Below, piece by piece: positions 49,801 to 62,148 of a DNA stretch of 64,000 bases; positions within the stretch are counted from its first letter, which is position 1; every line of letters starts with the position of its first letter. A model generated the notes under the pieces. The model did no database searches, was not told where the DNA came from, and saw nothing but the letters and a program-made list of their open reading frames with translations. Origin of the DNA: Lingula anatina (Eukaryota > Animalia > Brachiopoda); contig CM120643.1 of assembly GCA_051362555.1 (NCBI GenBank), positions 25,176,848 to 25,240,847 of the forward strand. The letters are read 5' to 3'. A program made the translations under genes and the position numbers.

Positions 49801-52800
49801 CATGTGTACCCACCAGCCACTCACAATGATGAATGGATCCCCTATGAGACTAATGGTGGACTCTGAAGCAGAACCCAAAGCATACCATACCCCTTTACCA
49901 GTACCACTACACTGGCAAGACCAAGTCAAGGCTGGCTTAGACCAAGATGTGAAACTAGGTGTTATTGAACCCGTTCCACTAGGAGAACCAGTTACATGGT
50001 GCCATAGGATGGTCGTTTGTGCAAAGAAGAATGGCAAACTTCGCAGAACTGTTGATCTACAAGCATTAAATGCCCATGCTAAACGTGAAACACATCATAC
50101 TCAATCACCGTTTCATCAAGCAAGATCTGTTCCACAAGGTAAAAAGAAGACAGTCTTTGATGCATGGAACGGCTATCACAGCGTCCCACTTCATGAAGAT
50201 GACAGACATCTCACCACATTCATAACACCATGGGGGCGCTATCGGTATTGCGTTGCTCCTCAAGGATATATCGCTTCTGGTGATGCCTACACCCACCGTT
50301 ATGATGATATTGTTTCCAACATTCCCAGAAAAACTAAATGTGTAGATGATACTCTACTATGGGCAAATTCTATTGAAGAAAGCTTTTGGCAAGCTGTTGA
50401 ATGGTTGGATATATGTGGAAAAAATGGGATAACTTTCAACATTGATAAATTTGTATTTGCTGCAGACCAGGTGGATTTTGCTGGATTCACAATAACAATG
50501 GACAGTGTAAAACCTTGTCCTAAATACCTGCAGGCAATTACAGAATTCCCAACACCTAAAAACATCACAGATGTACGTTCTTGGTTTGGTCTCCTGAATC
50601 AGGTTTCTTATGCCTTCAGCATGGCCAATAGGATGTTACCATTTCGTGAGCTACTCAAACCTGGCACGCCTTTCAAATGGACTGAAGAATTAGATCAAAT
50701 TTTTCAGGAATCCAAACAAGTAATCATCAATGAAATAGAAGAGGGTGTCAAGATATACGACAAGAACAAAACAACTTGCCTAGCCACAGATTGGTCTAAA
50801 AGTGGAATAGGATTTTGGTTATTCCAGAAACATTGCAATTGTATAGTGGCAAAACCATTTTGCTGCAAAACGGGATGGAAAATTGTCCTTGTAGGTAGTA
50901 GATTCACACATCCTGCTGAATCCAGATATGCACCTGTGGAAGGGGAAGCACTAGCCGTGGCTTATGCTTTAGACAAAGCAAGATTCTTTGTTCTGGGATG
51001 CACTGACCTAGTGATAGCTGTTGACCATAAGCCACTTCTCAAAATCTTTGGAGACAGATCCCTGGATGCCATATCCAACACACGTCTCAGGAACCTCAAG
51101 GAACGTACTCTCCGTTACAGGTTCCGTATCATTCATCTTCCAGGTGCTAAGCAGAAAGCCGCAGATGCAATATCTCGTCACCCAACAGGGGAACAGCACC
51201 CACCCAAAATGCAGCTTCAAGATGATATTTCTAGTACGGCTGAATCTTATGACTTACCTTATTCCGCTGACATCTTTCACTCTTTCATAGGAGGCATCAA
51301 ACTAATGGATGGTGTAAATGATTACACTGACATTGAGGAAAATTTGATTGACTCTGCTATTTATGCCCTTGATTCCACAATTAAGTCAATTACATGGAAC
51401 CAAGTTAGGCAGGCTACAGCAAGTGATGAAAATATGAATCAGCTACTGTCAATCATTGAGTCAGGAATCCCCAAACACCGCCATGAATTGCCACCTCCAT
51501 TGCGTGAATACCACCAATTCAGGGAACACATCTACAGTGTTGATGGTGTTATTATTTACAAGGATCGCATTATTATACCACCATGCCTTAGGGAACAAAT
51601 ACTTTCTGCACTTCACGCTGCTCACCAAGGCATCTCATCCATGATATCCAGAGCAGAGGCTTCTGTATTCTGGCCAGGTATAACTGCGGACATCACTGCT
51701 GTGCGTGCAAATTGTAACCATTGTCACCAGATTGCACCATCACAACCTTCTGCGCCACCCTACAATCCCATACCACCAAAGTATCCTTTCCAGTGCATCT
51801 GTGCAGATTTTTTCATGTTTAAGGGTACTCACTACTTGGTCATTGTTGACAGATACTCCAACTGGCCAATTGTAGAATATGCATCTGGAGGATCTAAAGG
51901 ACTAATAACTAGTCTACGCCGTGCATTCTCTACTTATGGGATCCCAGAGGAATTGGCTTCCGATGGAGGCCCTGAATTCACTTCTTCTGAAACACGCAAA
52001 TTCCTTGAAGATTGGGGTGTACATCACCGTTTATCATCTGTAGCATTTCCCCACAGCAATTGTCGCGCTGAAGTTGGTGTCAAAACAGTCAAACGATTGC
52101 TTATGAACAATACAGGACCAAATGGTGAGTTGGACACCAATTCAGTGCAGCGTGCAATATTACAGTACCGTAATACACCTGATCCAGATACAAAACTGTC
52201 CCCTGCAATGTGTATATTTGGAAGGCCAATAAGGGATTTTATTCCAATACTACCAGGTCGATACGAACCACATCCTACATGGAAGTCAACATTAGCAGCA
52301 CGTGAGGAAGCACTCCGTAACAGACATATAAGATCCGCAGATCACTGGAGTGAACACACTAGACGCCTACCACCACTTGCTATTGGAGACCACGTTCGTA
52401 TTCAGAATCAGACTGGTCCGCATCCAAATAAATGGGACAAAACTGGCACTATTACTGAAGTAAAACAGTTTGACCAGTACCTGGTGAAAGTTGATGGATC
52501 TGGACGTGTGACACTACGCAATAGAAAATTCTTAAGGAAATTCATTCCGTATGTGTCATCTCTACCTCGTCACTCTATCATTGATGACCTAAAGCACAGA
52601 TTTTACATACAACAGCCTACAGTCAACAATGACACACCTACATTCAGCAAATTACCAGAACCAGAATCTACCTTATTGAAAAATTCACATGAGTCAGTGG
52701 AGTCGGAAAAAATTGTCACCACAACTCTACCCATAGGACCAAATGAAACTGATGGAAAATGTAAAGAAACAGGAACACTACCTTTAACACAACCATCTCA

Positions 52801-54411
52801 TGAAACTCCTAAAGCACTTCCAAAACCACCACGGATGTTAACAAGACTTTTACCACACAACAAACCCGGACTAAAGGAATCAAATGAAGGACTACGCAGA
52901 TCTGTAAGACTAAATAAAAACTAACTTTAACCGTCTTTAATGTTTAAAAGACTGGGGGGGCATAGAGAATAATGAGCATACTGTAGTTTTCATTCAAAGG
53001 TAATTGCTTACTAAGAGTACTTAGTCAGATGTTAGATGTAGCCAAAGGCTATGTTGCATCAGTACTTACCTGGAGAACATGTCATTCTCTATATGCACAC
53101 TGTGTAGGCCTATATAGTGAATCATTCAGACACTGGACTTCACCCTGATAGGAGGTGTGCAGGACTTTTTATACCTGAGGTGACTTTCATTTATTTACAT
53201 ATATCAGTATTTCATGATCTAGTTCTTTATTGTGTATTTCATATTTTTCCATTTATTATATTACTGAGTTTACTAATAGTTTGTTTGTATGCATTTCAGC
53301 CTTCATTGTTTCCAGTTAATAAAGATTGGAAATCAAATAGTGTCCATCTTATCTACAGAATTTAAAAGAAAGCTACTGTTATAGTTCTATTCTACTGTAC
53401 AGAAATGTTATTTTGTAATTATAAAATAATGTATCTGAAAGTTTGCCCATTGAAAAGATCCAAATAATTACTGTATACAAAGCACTACTTTAAAGAAGCT
53501 AAAAGTTGAACTGGAAGAAACCTCTTGCTGCTGTATCACTGGACCATCATGCTGGAAATGCTGATTTACTTTATAAGGGTATTTTTAGATACAAAAGAGT
53601 AAAAGGAAAAACATAAAAGCTGGTCGATAAACTGCAAGGAGGTCAACAGGGATCATTTGAACATACTGTAGTGGTGTTTGAATTGGAATGAGATGGATTC
53701 CTTATTTTTTTCATTTTAGCTTATACCTTTTCTTTGGGAAGAGGTATGATTGAATACATGTTATTGCATTCATTTTTCAAATGTCAATTTTATTTTAATT
53801 ATTCATTTCCCCTTGCCGTGGGCAATTCTGTGTGCCTGTGAGTATGTATGTGTGTGTAAGAGAGAGAATGCGCGTGTGCATGTGTGTGTGTGTGTGTTAC
53901 CAAGTTCAGAAATGAACCTGTCAAGTATAACCCACTTGAACATGGCAAAGTTTAAAGCAAGCAAGCAGTAGGACAAAAAGCTTTGTACTACCTTCATCAC
54001 TACTTGCAATAGGGGTCTCTGCATACAAGACAACACCAAGTGAAGTGTTAGTACATAACATTATGCAGTATTATTATTCGCATCCAAAAGATTCATTGGA
54101 AGTGAATGATATCATGATAGCATCTCACAAACCTGTGGCTGCACTTTCAAATGTCTGAACAACTGGCTTGGCATCCAGCTCTGATGGGGCAACAGATGTG
54201 TTAAGAAAAACGGGTTAAAAGTTGAGAAGAAGAAAAGATGAAAAAGATGATTTCAGTGGTATTTTCTGAAGACATATATTTGTATGTGTACACTGTTGAT
54301 GCAAGTACTATCAACTAGCTTGACATATGAGTATCTGTGTGTATGTGTTTAGAGGTGTTACCAAAAAATTGCATGACTTCATGCAGAAAGTTTGATAAGC
54401 ATTCTACTTAA

Positions 54412-54491
<80 letters not shown>

Positions 54492-56156
54492 CAGTTCTCA
54501 ATGTCACAATACATAAGACAAGGCAACACAGTATGCTATGCGCACTGACTAAACTTACCTTTATTAAATGTTGACCTGAGAAGAGCCTTGGCCAGCTTGA
54601 GATTAGCTTCCTCTGAAGTAGAGATCTTCCAGGTTTTACACTGAGGGCTTTCCTCAGCAATCTTCATATATGCCTCCACCAGCATCAGATTGAACTACAG
54701 TTACAAGTTTCACAATAAACCATTTATACTTGAAGCAGTGAAAATTTTATTGAGTTTTCTATTTACTTATATATTTATCCAATTGCCTATTTATTAATTT
54801 ATTAATTTAATTATTTACCTATTTATTTATAATTACTTTTATCATTATAATTATTTTAATTCTTATTTACTTATTCACTTTTTTAAAATTTCATCTTTGG
54901 ACAGCTTAATTTAGCTTAATTAAGACTAGGACTTTTCTCAGGACTTTTTTGATGTCAACTAGTCGAAGTAAACCATGGGTTAAAATGTTAAAGACATAGG
55001 CTGCACAGGCCCGTGGCTGGGGGGGGGGGGGGGGGGGGGGTTCAGGAAGAACCGCCCTTTTTGCTGGGAAAAGGTCCACTCTGGGTACAATTCGATCTAT
55101 GTACTTGAGGATTTTATGGTAAAAGTCCACTTTTTCAGAAAACGCCCCCCCCCCCCTCGAAAAATGCTGGCTACGGGCCTGCTGCATTTTAAATTAACTT
55201 ACTAAGTACTGTATGTTTGTATGGCAACTTACACTGACCAGCTGCTGTGCTGTCATGTCTCCTGCCTCATCAGATGCCAAACAATGAACGATACGGCTCC
55301 TCTGGGTAATAGTGCTCTTCAGTAAGTGTGCCATTGCCACAACAAATGTATCATGGGATATGTGGTCATGTTTTGCATGCTTATGATGTCGGAGCTCAGA
55401 GATTGCTTTGTACAGTCGAGTGATCAGAATATCTGGTAGGTACCTGCTTAGATATTTCTGAAATTGCGAATTTAAGTTATCATTATGCAGATCAGTCCTT
55501 TCACATGGCATTCAATGCAATATAAATATAATCTTTATTTTGATGGCTACTTCCATTTAATTTAAATAATAGGATCTTTTGGTGGTGCAATGCAGAAGAC
55601 AAGAGCATGGAGAATACACTTTTTTAAATATATTTATCATAATGAAATTACTAATAGAAGTTATGGATAAAATTTATGCCAATAACAACCTTACAAGACA
55701 CAATAAGGGCATGGGTTTTCCTTACTTAACTTCTTAAAGCTACATATTCCATAATAAATTCTAAATAATATAAAAGTCAAGATAATAAAATTTATTTATT
55801 TTGCCCCCCACCCTCGACTGGTATGATGTGACAGAGAGTTCCCCAAGAAAAAGAGTCTGCTCCCCTTTCATTTGTACAGGTGAGCCTCGCCCTATATTTT
55901 GACCCACTAAGGACAGGCCAACCCTAACCATTATAACTAAATGGAAGGTGGACCTTCTATAACACGGACCCTCATGCAGTTTCGTTACACCTGGCCCTAC
56001 ACATATCTTATACAGTACCTTTAGTTGCTGTTCATTAAAGTGTTCTGTTCCTCCTGATATCTCAGCGAATATCTTCTTGATTTGCTCTTTCTCATAAGCT
56101 GTAAAAAGATTGAGAGAGACTTTCAGCTCTTCGCTTTTACTCTCCGCAATGCCCAT
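43822..56156 (-). CDS. MEAK7: MTOR-associated protein MEAK7 / TLDC1; exons (transcript order) 56156-56019, 55457-55233, 54694-54559, [54180-54133 optional], 46424-46282, 45845-45539, 45149-45031, 44584-44387, 43959-43822
   Basis: N-terminal MG (myristoylation-type), TLDc motifs [82 protein letters not shown], and C-terminal [13 protein letters not shown]...SEGLRE; phases consistent. Confidence 0.92.
47664..48056 (+). repeat. 5' LTR (TATA-like 47812-47817, GT-AG intron 47881-48000, AATAAA 48019-48024)
   Basis: Direct repeat of 52963-53355; TAGA...TCTA termini. Confidence 0.95.
48113..52924 (+). CDS. Gag-Pol polyprotein (1603 aa): Gag with Zn knuckles, aspartic protease, RT, RNase H, integrase
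   Basis: CSYCGEKGH and [14 protein letters not shown] knuckles, ADTG protease, DAWNGYH / PQGY / CVDD RT motifs, ATDWS...EGEALAV RNase H, HAAHQG...CNHC and D..D(SDGG)..E integrase; PR-RT-RH-IN order indicates Ty3/Gypsy. Confidence 0.96.
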   Translation: MPVVKCPFPDCTYETEDVADTIVNTLLTIHAQSHNATSSQSSTKVKTDKIRRPTISTAGTSEDWTYFLTRWKEYTIATKITGQDRVIQLLECCDETLRKNITRSAGGTLTNKSEEEVLSAIKRLAVREENPMVARVILHEMRQDREEPIRQFGARIKGQASICKFTLKCPNCETDVDYTDCILRDILSRGIADNEIQLDLLGNMNQNMDLEDVFRFIESKESGKRSSATLNASEGAHATSSYRRAQRYAKSDKTEICSYCGEKGHGIKAPFRTRQKMCPAYNHICKHCERSHHFDHMCRNKNKPKLGPPSSSNTKTQSVTNHGESAFMEHSNESFYTLCTIGELDHDRAANAIALDHHLYNQLNDKWIKSKSRPQPYISLQATVSSQDYSDLGFNVDLPTTSTMLNVMADTGCQSCLAGIKAIQPLQLTEKDLIPVKMKMHAANNKGINILGAVILRFSGEDKLGKHHTTRQIVYITDNSDRIFLSREACVDLGLISIDFPQVGDACQTAGDTKRYETNADCECPKRQPPPSRPTSIPYPATEENRQRLQQWLIDYYRSSSFNMCTHQPLTMMNGSPMRLMVDSEAEPKAYHTPLPVPLHWQDQVKAGLDQDVKLGVIEPVPLGEPVTWCHRMVVCAKKNGKLRRTVDLQALNAHAKRETHHTQSPFHQARSVPQGKKKTVFDAWNGYHSVPLHEDDRHLTTFITPWGRYRYCVAPQGYIASGDAYTHRYDDIVSNIPRKTKCVDDTLLWANSIEESFWQAVEWLDICGKNGITFNIDKFVFAADQVDFAGFTITMDSVKPCPKYLQAITEFPTPKNITDVRSWFGLLNQVSYAFSMANRMLPFRELLKPGTPFKWTEELDQIFQESKQVIINEIEEGVKIYDKNKTTCLATDWSKSGIGFWLFQKHCNCIVAKPFCCKTGWKIVLVGSRFTHPAESRYAPVEGEALAVAYALDKARFFVLGCTDLVIAVDHKPLLKIFGDRSLDAISNTRLRNLKERTLRYRFRIIHLPGAKQKAADAISRHPTGEQHPPKMQLQDDISSTAESYDLPYSADIFHSFIGGIKLMDGVNDYTDIEENLIDSAIYALDSTIKSITWNQVRQATASDENMNQLLSIIESGIPKHRHELPPPLREYHQFREHIYSVDGVIIYKDRIIIPPCLREQILSALHAAHQGISSMISRAEASVFWPGITADITAVRANCNHCHQIAPSQPSAPPYNPIPPKYPFQCICADFFMFKGTHYLVIVDRYSNWPIVEYASGGSKGLITSLRRAFSTYGIPEELASDGGPEFTSSETRKFLEDWGVHHRLSSVAFPHSNCRAEVGVKTVKRLLMNNTGPNGELDTNSVQRAILQYRNTPDPDTKLSPAMCIFGRPIRDFIPILPGRYEPHPTWKSTLAAREEALRNRHIRSADHWSEHTRRLPPLAIGDHVRIQNQTGPHPNKWDKTGTITEVKQFDQYLVKVDGSGRVTLRNRKFLRKFIPYVSSLPRHSIIDDLKHRFYIQQPTVNNDTPTFSKLPEPESTLLKNSHESVESEKIVTTTLPIGPNETDGKCKETGTLPLTQPSHETPKALPKPPRMLTRLLPHNKPGLKESNEGLRRSVRLNKN
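52963..53355 (+). repeat. 3' LTR (same intron at 53180-53299)
   Basis: Direct repeat of the 5' LTR, preceded by PPT plus ca. Confidence 0.95.
55006..55181. mobile_element. CAGGCCCGT-ended MITE with 5-bp TSD (ctgca)
   Basis: TIR caggcccgtggc...gctacgggcctg, poly-G/poly-C arms, aaaaggtccact subrepeats; second copy at 57562-57757. Confidence 0.85.
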
Positions 56157-56444
56157 GCTTGTGTGTTTACTTGTAGAATATCACATGAATGTTATGAAGT
56201 GTAGTGTGTATAGACGGCTATAGATGGCAGAGCAAACAACATGGTCCACAATCCAAGGTTGGTAAGTTCTGGGATACAAAAAGTACAAAACTTCAAAAGA
56301 AAAAATGCACCAACAGATCCATAAACAAATGTTTATATGATTGTGGATGGGTTTTCTTGCCTATTTTGGTTGTCGAGTCGACTGTAGGGGTCACCTAGGG
56401 TGTGATGAAAAGTTTATAAAAGAGGTGGGGGAAGGGGGGAGCTC

Positions 56445-57572
56445 GAAAATATGTACAGGGAAAAACGCTGCATAAGGAAATTGGGTGAAAGGTATAATTT
56501 GCCTTGAGAAAAACATGAGAAAAATTTACAAAAATTAATAAATGTATTTTTAGGTAATGGATTGGTTTTTCAGTCCGTTAATGATAATACACGTATCGTA
56601 CTATATATAGGTATAGGGCCAACACTCAGAACTGTGACGCATTTAAGAGCTGTTAATTGAATGTTTTGAGTCAAGGTGCAGGACTATTTTTGTCAAATAA
56701 GAATAAAAATTCTATAATTCGAGTGCATTAAAGATTAATTATTTTACACTTACATTAAATTAACTTATACAATTGTACGTAGTTTAATTCACACAGAAAA
56801 CATGAAGCTATTCTAGATCTGTGAACGGTCAGTTTATACATGTTTGGTAGGACTTTGGTTTAATCTAAGTGTACCTTCAGGGGTACTAGAGGGGTCCACG
56901 AACCTTGTTTTACGGGTCCTATAGGTTTTTACTGCGTTTGAGCAGCCTGCTGTAGTATATATCTCGTAGAGGGAATCGAATTCAAATATGATACAATGTA
57001 TACTATTGCCCCCGCTCTATCATAATACATTTAAAGTCAAAAAATTTACTTAGAGCGTTTGTGAAACGTTTCCCTAAGACCGACGGCGGCACGTCATCAA
57101 CGTGCCCCTCACAGCTAGACTGTATCTTGGCTACAGGATTTGAAGGCCCACTTGGCCCATTTAAATATGAAAATACACAAATTCTAAGTATTTTTAATGG
57201 AGGGGGGGGGGGGGGTCGAAAATACGGTCTCATGAGGAAAAACGCTGTATAAGGAAATTGTTCTGAGGCAAGTGTATGAATTGTTTCAGAAAAACATAAG
57301 GAAATTTTACAAAAATAAATGAATGTATTTTTAGCTAATGGATTGGTTTTTCATTCCGTTAACGATAATACACGTATCTTACTATATATAGGTATAGGGC
57401 CAACACTCATAGAACTGTGACGCATTAACATCTGTTAATTGAATGGTTGGCGCCTATTTTTGTCAAAGAAGAATAAAAATTGACGGATCCTAGGTTTTTA
57501 CTGCGTAAGCAACCTGCTGAAGTCTTATCACGTATAGGGAATTCGAATATGATATTATGTACAGGCCCGTAG

Positions 57573-57608
<36 letters not shown>

Positions 57609-57890
57609 CCCGAGGTTCGAAAGAACCACCCTCTTTGCTGGGGAAAAGGTCCACTCTGGGTAAAATTTGATCTATGTACTTGAGAATTTTATGGTAAAAG
57701 GTCCACTTTTTCAGAAAAGGACCCCCCCCCCCTCTGAAATTGCTGGCTACGGGCCTGATGTATAGGCCCCTAATATTGCCCCCGTTCTAATCCTATTACA
57801 TGTTAAGTCTGAAAATTTTACTCAGAACTTTTGTGAAGCGTTTTCCCAAGATCAACGGCAGCACGTTACAAACAGTTTCCAAGTATTTTA
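56445..57890 (+). repeat. Diverged tandem duplication (about 56445-57195 versus 57215-57890) upstream of the first MEAK7 coding exon
   Basis: Shared blocks gaaaaacgctg.ataaggaaattg, taatggattggtttttca.tccgttaa.gataatacacgtatc, ggtatagggccaacactca, tattgcccccg. Confidence 0.85.
57562..57757. mobile_element. CAGGCCCGT-ended MITE with 5-bp TSD (atgta)
   Basis: Same family as 55006-55181; the empty site with a single atgta is seen in the other duplication unit at about 56996-57000. Confidence 0.85.
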
Positions 57891-60800
57891 ACAGGATAGA
57901 AAGTTAATATAATCAAGGAGTTACTATTGTAACTCCTTGATATAATAGAGACGTCTAAGATACATTTTTCACTAAAATACGCTTTTGAAATGAAATATAC
58001 GGGTCATACCAGGATATTGGCTTGCGGCCGGAAAAATGATTCACTGAAAATTAAGACTTAGTTTGAAAGTCACAGAAAGAGTATCTTGCATTAAGCTTTA
58101 TTGGGCCCACTTACTTTTTTGCCAAACTGAGCTGATAAAATGCACAGAAATAAATAATAATTATACACGCCCTGGACTAAGACTACGATTTACACATATC
58201 TGCACATTATCCGCCTTCTATTGTATTGGAATAGACCTTATTAGTGAGAGAAATAATTCCTAAATTCTTTTAGGTGGGGTGCAGTACATTTTTACCGCCG
58301 CCAAGGAGGTTGTATGTTTTCACCCCTGTTTGTTTGTCTGTTTGTTATCAACATAACTCAAAAAGTTATGGATGAATTTCGATGGAATTTTCAGGGTAGA
58401 TCAGAAATGGGTTAACTTAGAGTGATTAATTTTTGGTGGTGATCTGGATCAAACATCAATCAATAATCAATAATCAAAAATAAAAAACTAAGTTATGGAC
58501 CGATTTTGATGAAATTTTTAGGAACAGTCAGAAGTGGGCCAAGGAACAGATGATTAATTTTTGGTGGTGATACGGATCAATAATCAATCAATAATCATTA
58601 ATAAAAAAAATCAATCATTATAGAATGGAAATTTAGGAGTGAAACGGCATTGGGTGGAGACTTTGCTGCCTTGGCGGTGGTCTGCGCTCTCGGAGTGCTT
58701 TTCTAGTCTTTTCTTAATTCAAAAGCTGAGGGGTTTAGCCAAAGAAATAACCACTGTCTCATCTGAGTTGTTAATCGCGAATGAGAATTTGTTGCTGCTC
58801 ATTGGCTAGCTATCGGTAAAACAAAAGTTTCCGTTTTATGGGTTTGAAGGGTCCCTTCTCCGCTTTCTGCTTGCAGTGTGCAATGGGCAAGGTGGCAATA
58901 TTGACGTGTTCGTTTTTCAACTGATGTTGGTTTGCCCTTGACATGATATGGCGACCTGTTTCAATGTGCAATTGAGACTACTGGTACTAAATCTTGTTAA
59001 GAATTGGCATTTTTTCCTATTTTGAATAAAATTAAGTAAAATGCTTTATACTATATACTTGAGATTTTGTGAAACCTTGCTATGACATATGTTCTGTTAT
59101 GTACTACTTTTCAAAAATTAGACAAAGAAGTGAAGTCAAGTCTATACAAAGTCGGTAAACGAACAGTAAAAATTACAGTACTTGATAACATGATACTGAA
59201 GATGCCCTTGAGAAAACGCGGTTCAGGTTTGACTATACGCTTGTTTTGCTTCCTTTTTAACACAACATTAAATAAGTACTTCCACAGCTTCCTTATTATG
59301 CAGGTTGTTTGTAAGCTAAGTCATGCATGAGTGATGTGGTGACACGTTTCAACCCGGACCTTAACGGAAAAGGATGTTTTGTGAAAGGAAAGTGCAGGGG
59401 CAAATTTAAACAGTTTTGGTTGTGGCAGTTCTTAGAACATGCCTGCATGATCAAGATATGTCCAACTCGTGCCAAAACTGCGTAAAGCATAACACATTTA
59501 TGTCACGTTCTTTTTCCACATTTTGTTGCTTCATCGAAATGCACTGTTAGAGCGATTGGGGTGGGTGTTTCGAAAGCTCCTCTGCATTTCTCTGTTCCAT
59601 TTATGTTGAAAATTGCCTGCTTGTATTTTTGCTAATGATCTGTTTACTTCAGATTCATATTTGCTGAAGTCAGTTCCACCAGCACAAAATCTTACATAAT
59701 ATTTATGCCGACAGGGAAGTTTGGAGAATATGGATGTTTTGTTAAATTTAAATTAAAAATTTGATTCACTGACTGAAGTAGAGATTTAGTAATTTAGAGA
59801 AAGTCTTACCTCAGTTTTAGATTGATTGGAATAATTGTTTGATGGAGTGTAAATCAATTTTTATATTCAATTTCTTGCCTACATGTGTATTCAGTTTGTT
59901 ACTCGTAAGCCCAAGGAGTTTCAACTCTCTGTTGAAACTCCTTGGTAAGCCATAATGACTGCAATGTGTAATACAGCAGAAATGTGCCAAGTTAATTTCT
60001 GTCGACCTTTGGCCTCATGTCAGCCGTCTTGTTATTACAGGATAAAGGAAGCCGGAACTTGGAATAAAAGTGGGTCAAAACATTGGGAAAACACACGTGT
60101 GGTATATAAGGTATAGATCGTCATTCCTCGCTCAAAAGGCAATGCCGTGTTATAAGGCGATAACTGTTAACTAGCTTCGCAGCCGGCTGACATTTGGTTA
60201 AAAACAGCAGAGCAGATCTTTGTAAGTGTAGCAGGTTTTGAGGGGTAAGTAATAAGTTAGGTAGATAGATATATACTTTATTCCAACGTGAGCAGCAAGT
60301 ACAGAGTATTTTTACAAGCTCAGAATATACACAATATATATACAATCAGTGTAACAAAAATAAATTCATAATTATACTCTAGTTGGTCGAGCCAAGTGAA
60401 TATGACCTGAATATATGTTAATAAAGCTCTAACATAATGTTAGCAATAGGGAAATAACCAGTTTACAGCATACATCAAATTGACACACATCGTGCTTAGG
60501 TTACATGTAGAGTTTCTTTCTTGACTCGCCCTGCCAGCGGCGCACAGTTTCACCGTGGAATTCTATCTATATAAACTTCGAATTCCATGGTTTCGCCAAG
60601 TTGCATTACACCATATTTGTTGATAAATCGGATTTATCACAGATTATAGACACAGTGTACATAAATATCACCGCTCATGTCTCATGGGGTGGGGCTGGAA
60701 GTAGCTAAGTATTGTTTAGCGCTGAAAATCCAGCTGGCGTCTAACGAACGCTTGGCCAGAACTTTTTATCGTTTTTAGGACCTGGTCAATTTTTATATAA

Positions 60801-61170
60801 ATCACTTATTATTTATCTGTTATTGCTTTACCATTCATGTCACACCATAATTTTCCTGGGGAAAAGGGAAAACCCGATAAAAGTCGGTCTGGTAGGTCAC
60901 CTACTGGTGTACATGTATTACTACAGGGGGTAAAGGCTTAATTAATGTTTGCGGGATATCGGTGCAAACAGAGGCCCATGTAATGCTCGAATGTTCTCTG
61001 ACTAAGAAATAAGTGTATGTATGTACCGAGTATGGCTTTGTCATTTTTGAATTACAATTTGTTTAGAATAATAAATGCAGTATTGATAAGTTTTTAGCTT
61101 TAAGAGTGACAATTAAACAGCCTGATTTGGAATTATATTGGTTGCATCATGTTTTAAGAAATATCAAAAT

Positions 61171-61258
61171 ATTAGAGCCTGATAACGTGAATGTACTTGA
61201 TTAGAGCCTGATAAGGTGAATATACTTGATTAGAGCCTGATAAAGTAAATGCACTTGA
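61171..61258 (+). repeat. Three copies of a 29-bp tandem repeat (attagagcctgataa.gtgaat.tacttg)
   Basis: Directly visible. Confidence 0.85.
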
Positions 61259-62148
61259 CAGCAAAGCAAAGTTGCAATCACCTACCTCCTACGGCGTTTT
61301 TTAATTAAAATTGGCTATTCGTCTTTGTACATAACCTTCTGTTATATTCTGAACGGTATTTTTTAAATAAGAAAATCGCCTCACAAGTTACTAATGAAAA
61401 TTGGATGGATCAATGGTTAAAACAATTGGCTTTTATAATTAAACAAAAGCTGAGACACTAGAAATAAAAAAGCCGACAATCAAAGCGGCCTGGACACGAG
61501 TTGTGTGGATTACATTATGCACCTTTTCTTCTTTTTCCCATTTTTCCCATCCCTATCGGGGAATATATTGCAAACCAACTACATGCGCTTATCAATCTTA
61601 ACACCTTGGCATGCGTACTCTGGATAACCATGAGAAAAGTTTTTTTAAATACATTTTAAGGTATCTTTTTGGCAAATCTCCAGACGTATTCTACTCCAAA
61701 ATCTGGTATATTTTGATAAATAAACTTTCAAAACCACAAACGGTCACCAAGTGCTGATTTTCGAACCACAGAGAAGTTTTTTAAACCTCCACCATCTGGC
61801 CACTATATTTTGATTTTTAAATTATAGTATACGTTTCGTCTCTGAAAATAATGTTACTTTTACATGACTTAAAGGATAATCTGAAACCAGGACTGAGTGA
61901 CTACGGGAGGGTTTAGCACGACACAAATTTGCCGCGCTAGAGGGTCGTTCGTAATAACATCTTGCCATACAAATTGTCACAGTTATTTCCATGTCAAATG
62001 AACCTTCCTGTGGCGTCATTCTTAATAGCTTAATGCACAATTCTATTATTTTAGATTCACCAAGGTCTCGCTGACAGCCGTTCCCAGGATTCCAGTTGCC
62101 AAGGTACAGCCTGGTAGTACCCAACGTGTACACAACAGAGCAACCCAG

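Larger units (their letters stand above)
47664..53355 (+). mobile_element. Full-length Ty3/Gypsy LTR retrotransposon, antisense in a MEAK7 intron
   Basis: Two 393-bp LTRs with no difference seen by eye (47664-48056, 52963-53355), 5-bp TSD cagaa (47659-47663 and 53356-53360), polypurine tract aaaagactggggggg at about 52946-52960, single intact gag-pol ORF. Confidence 0.97.
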
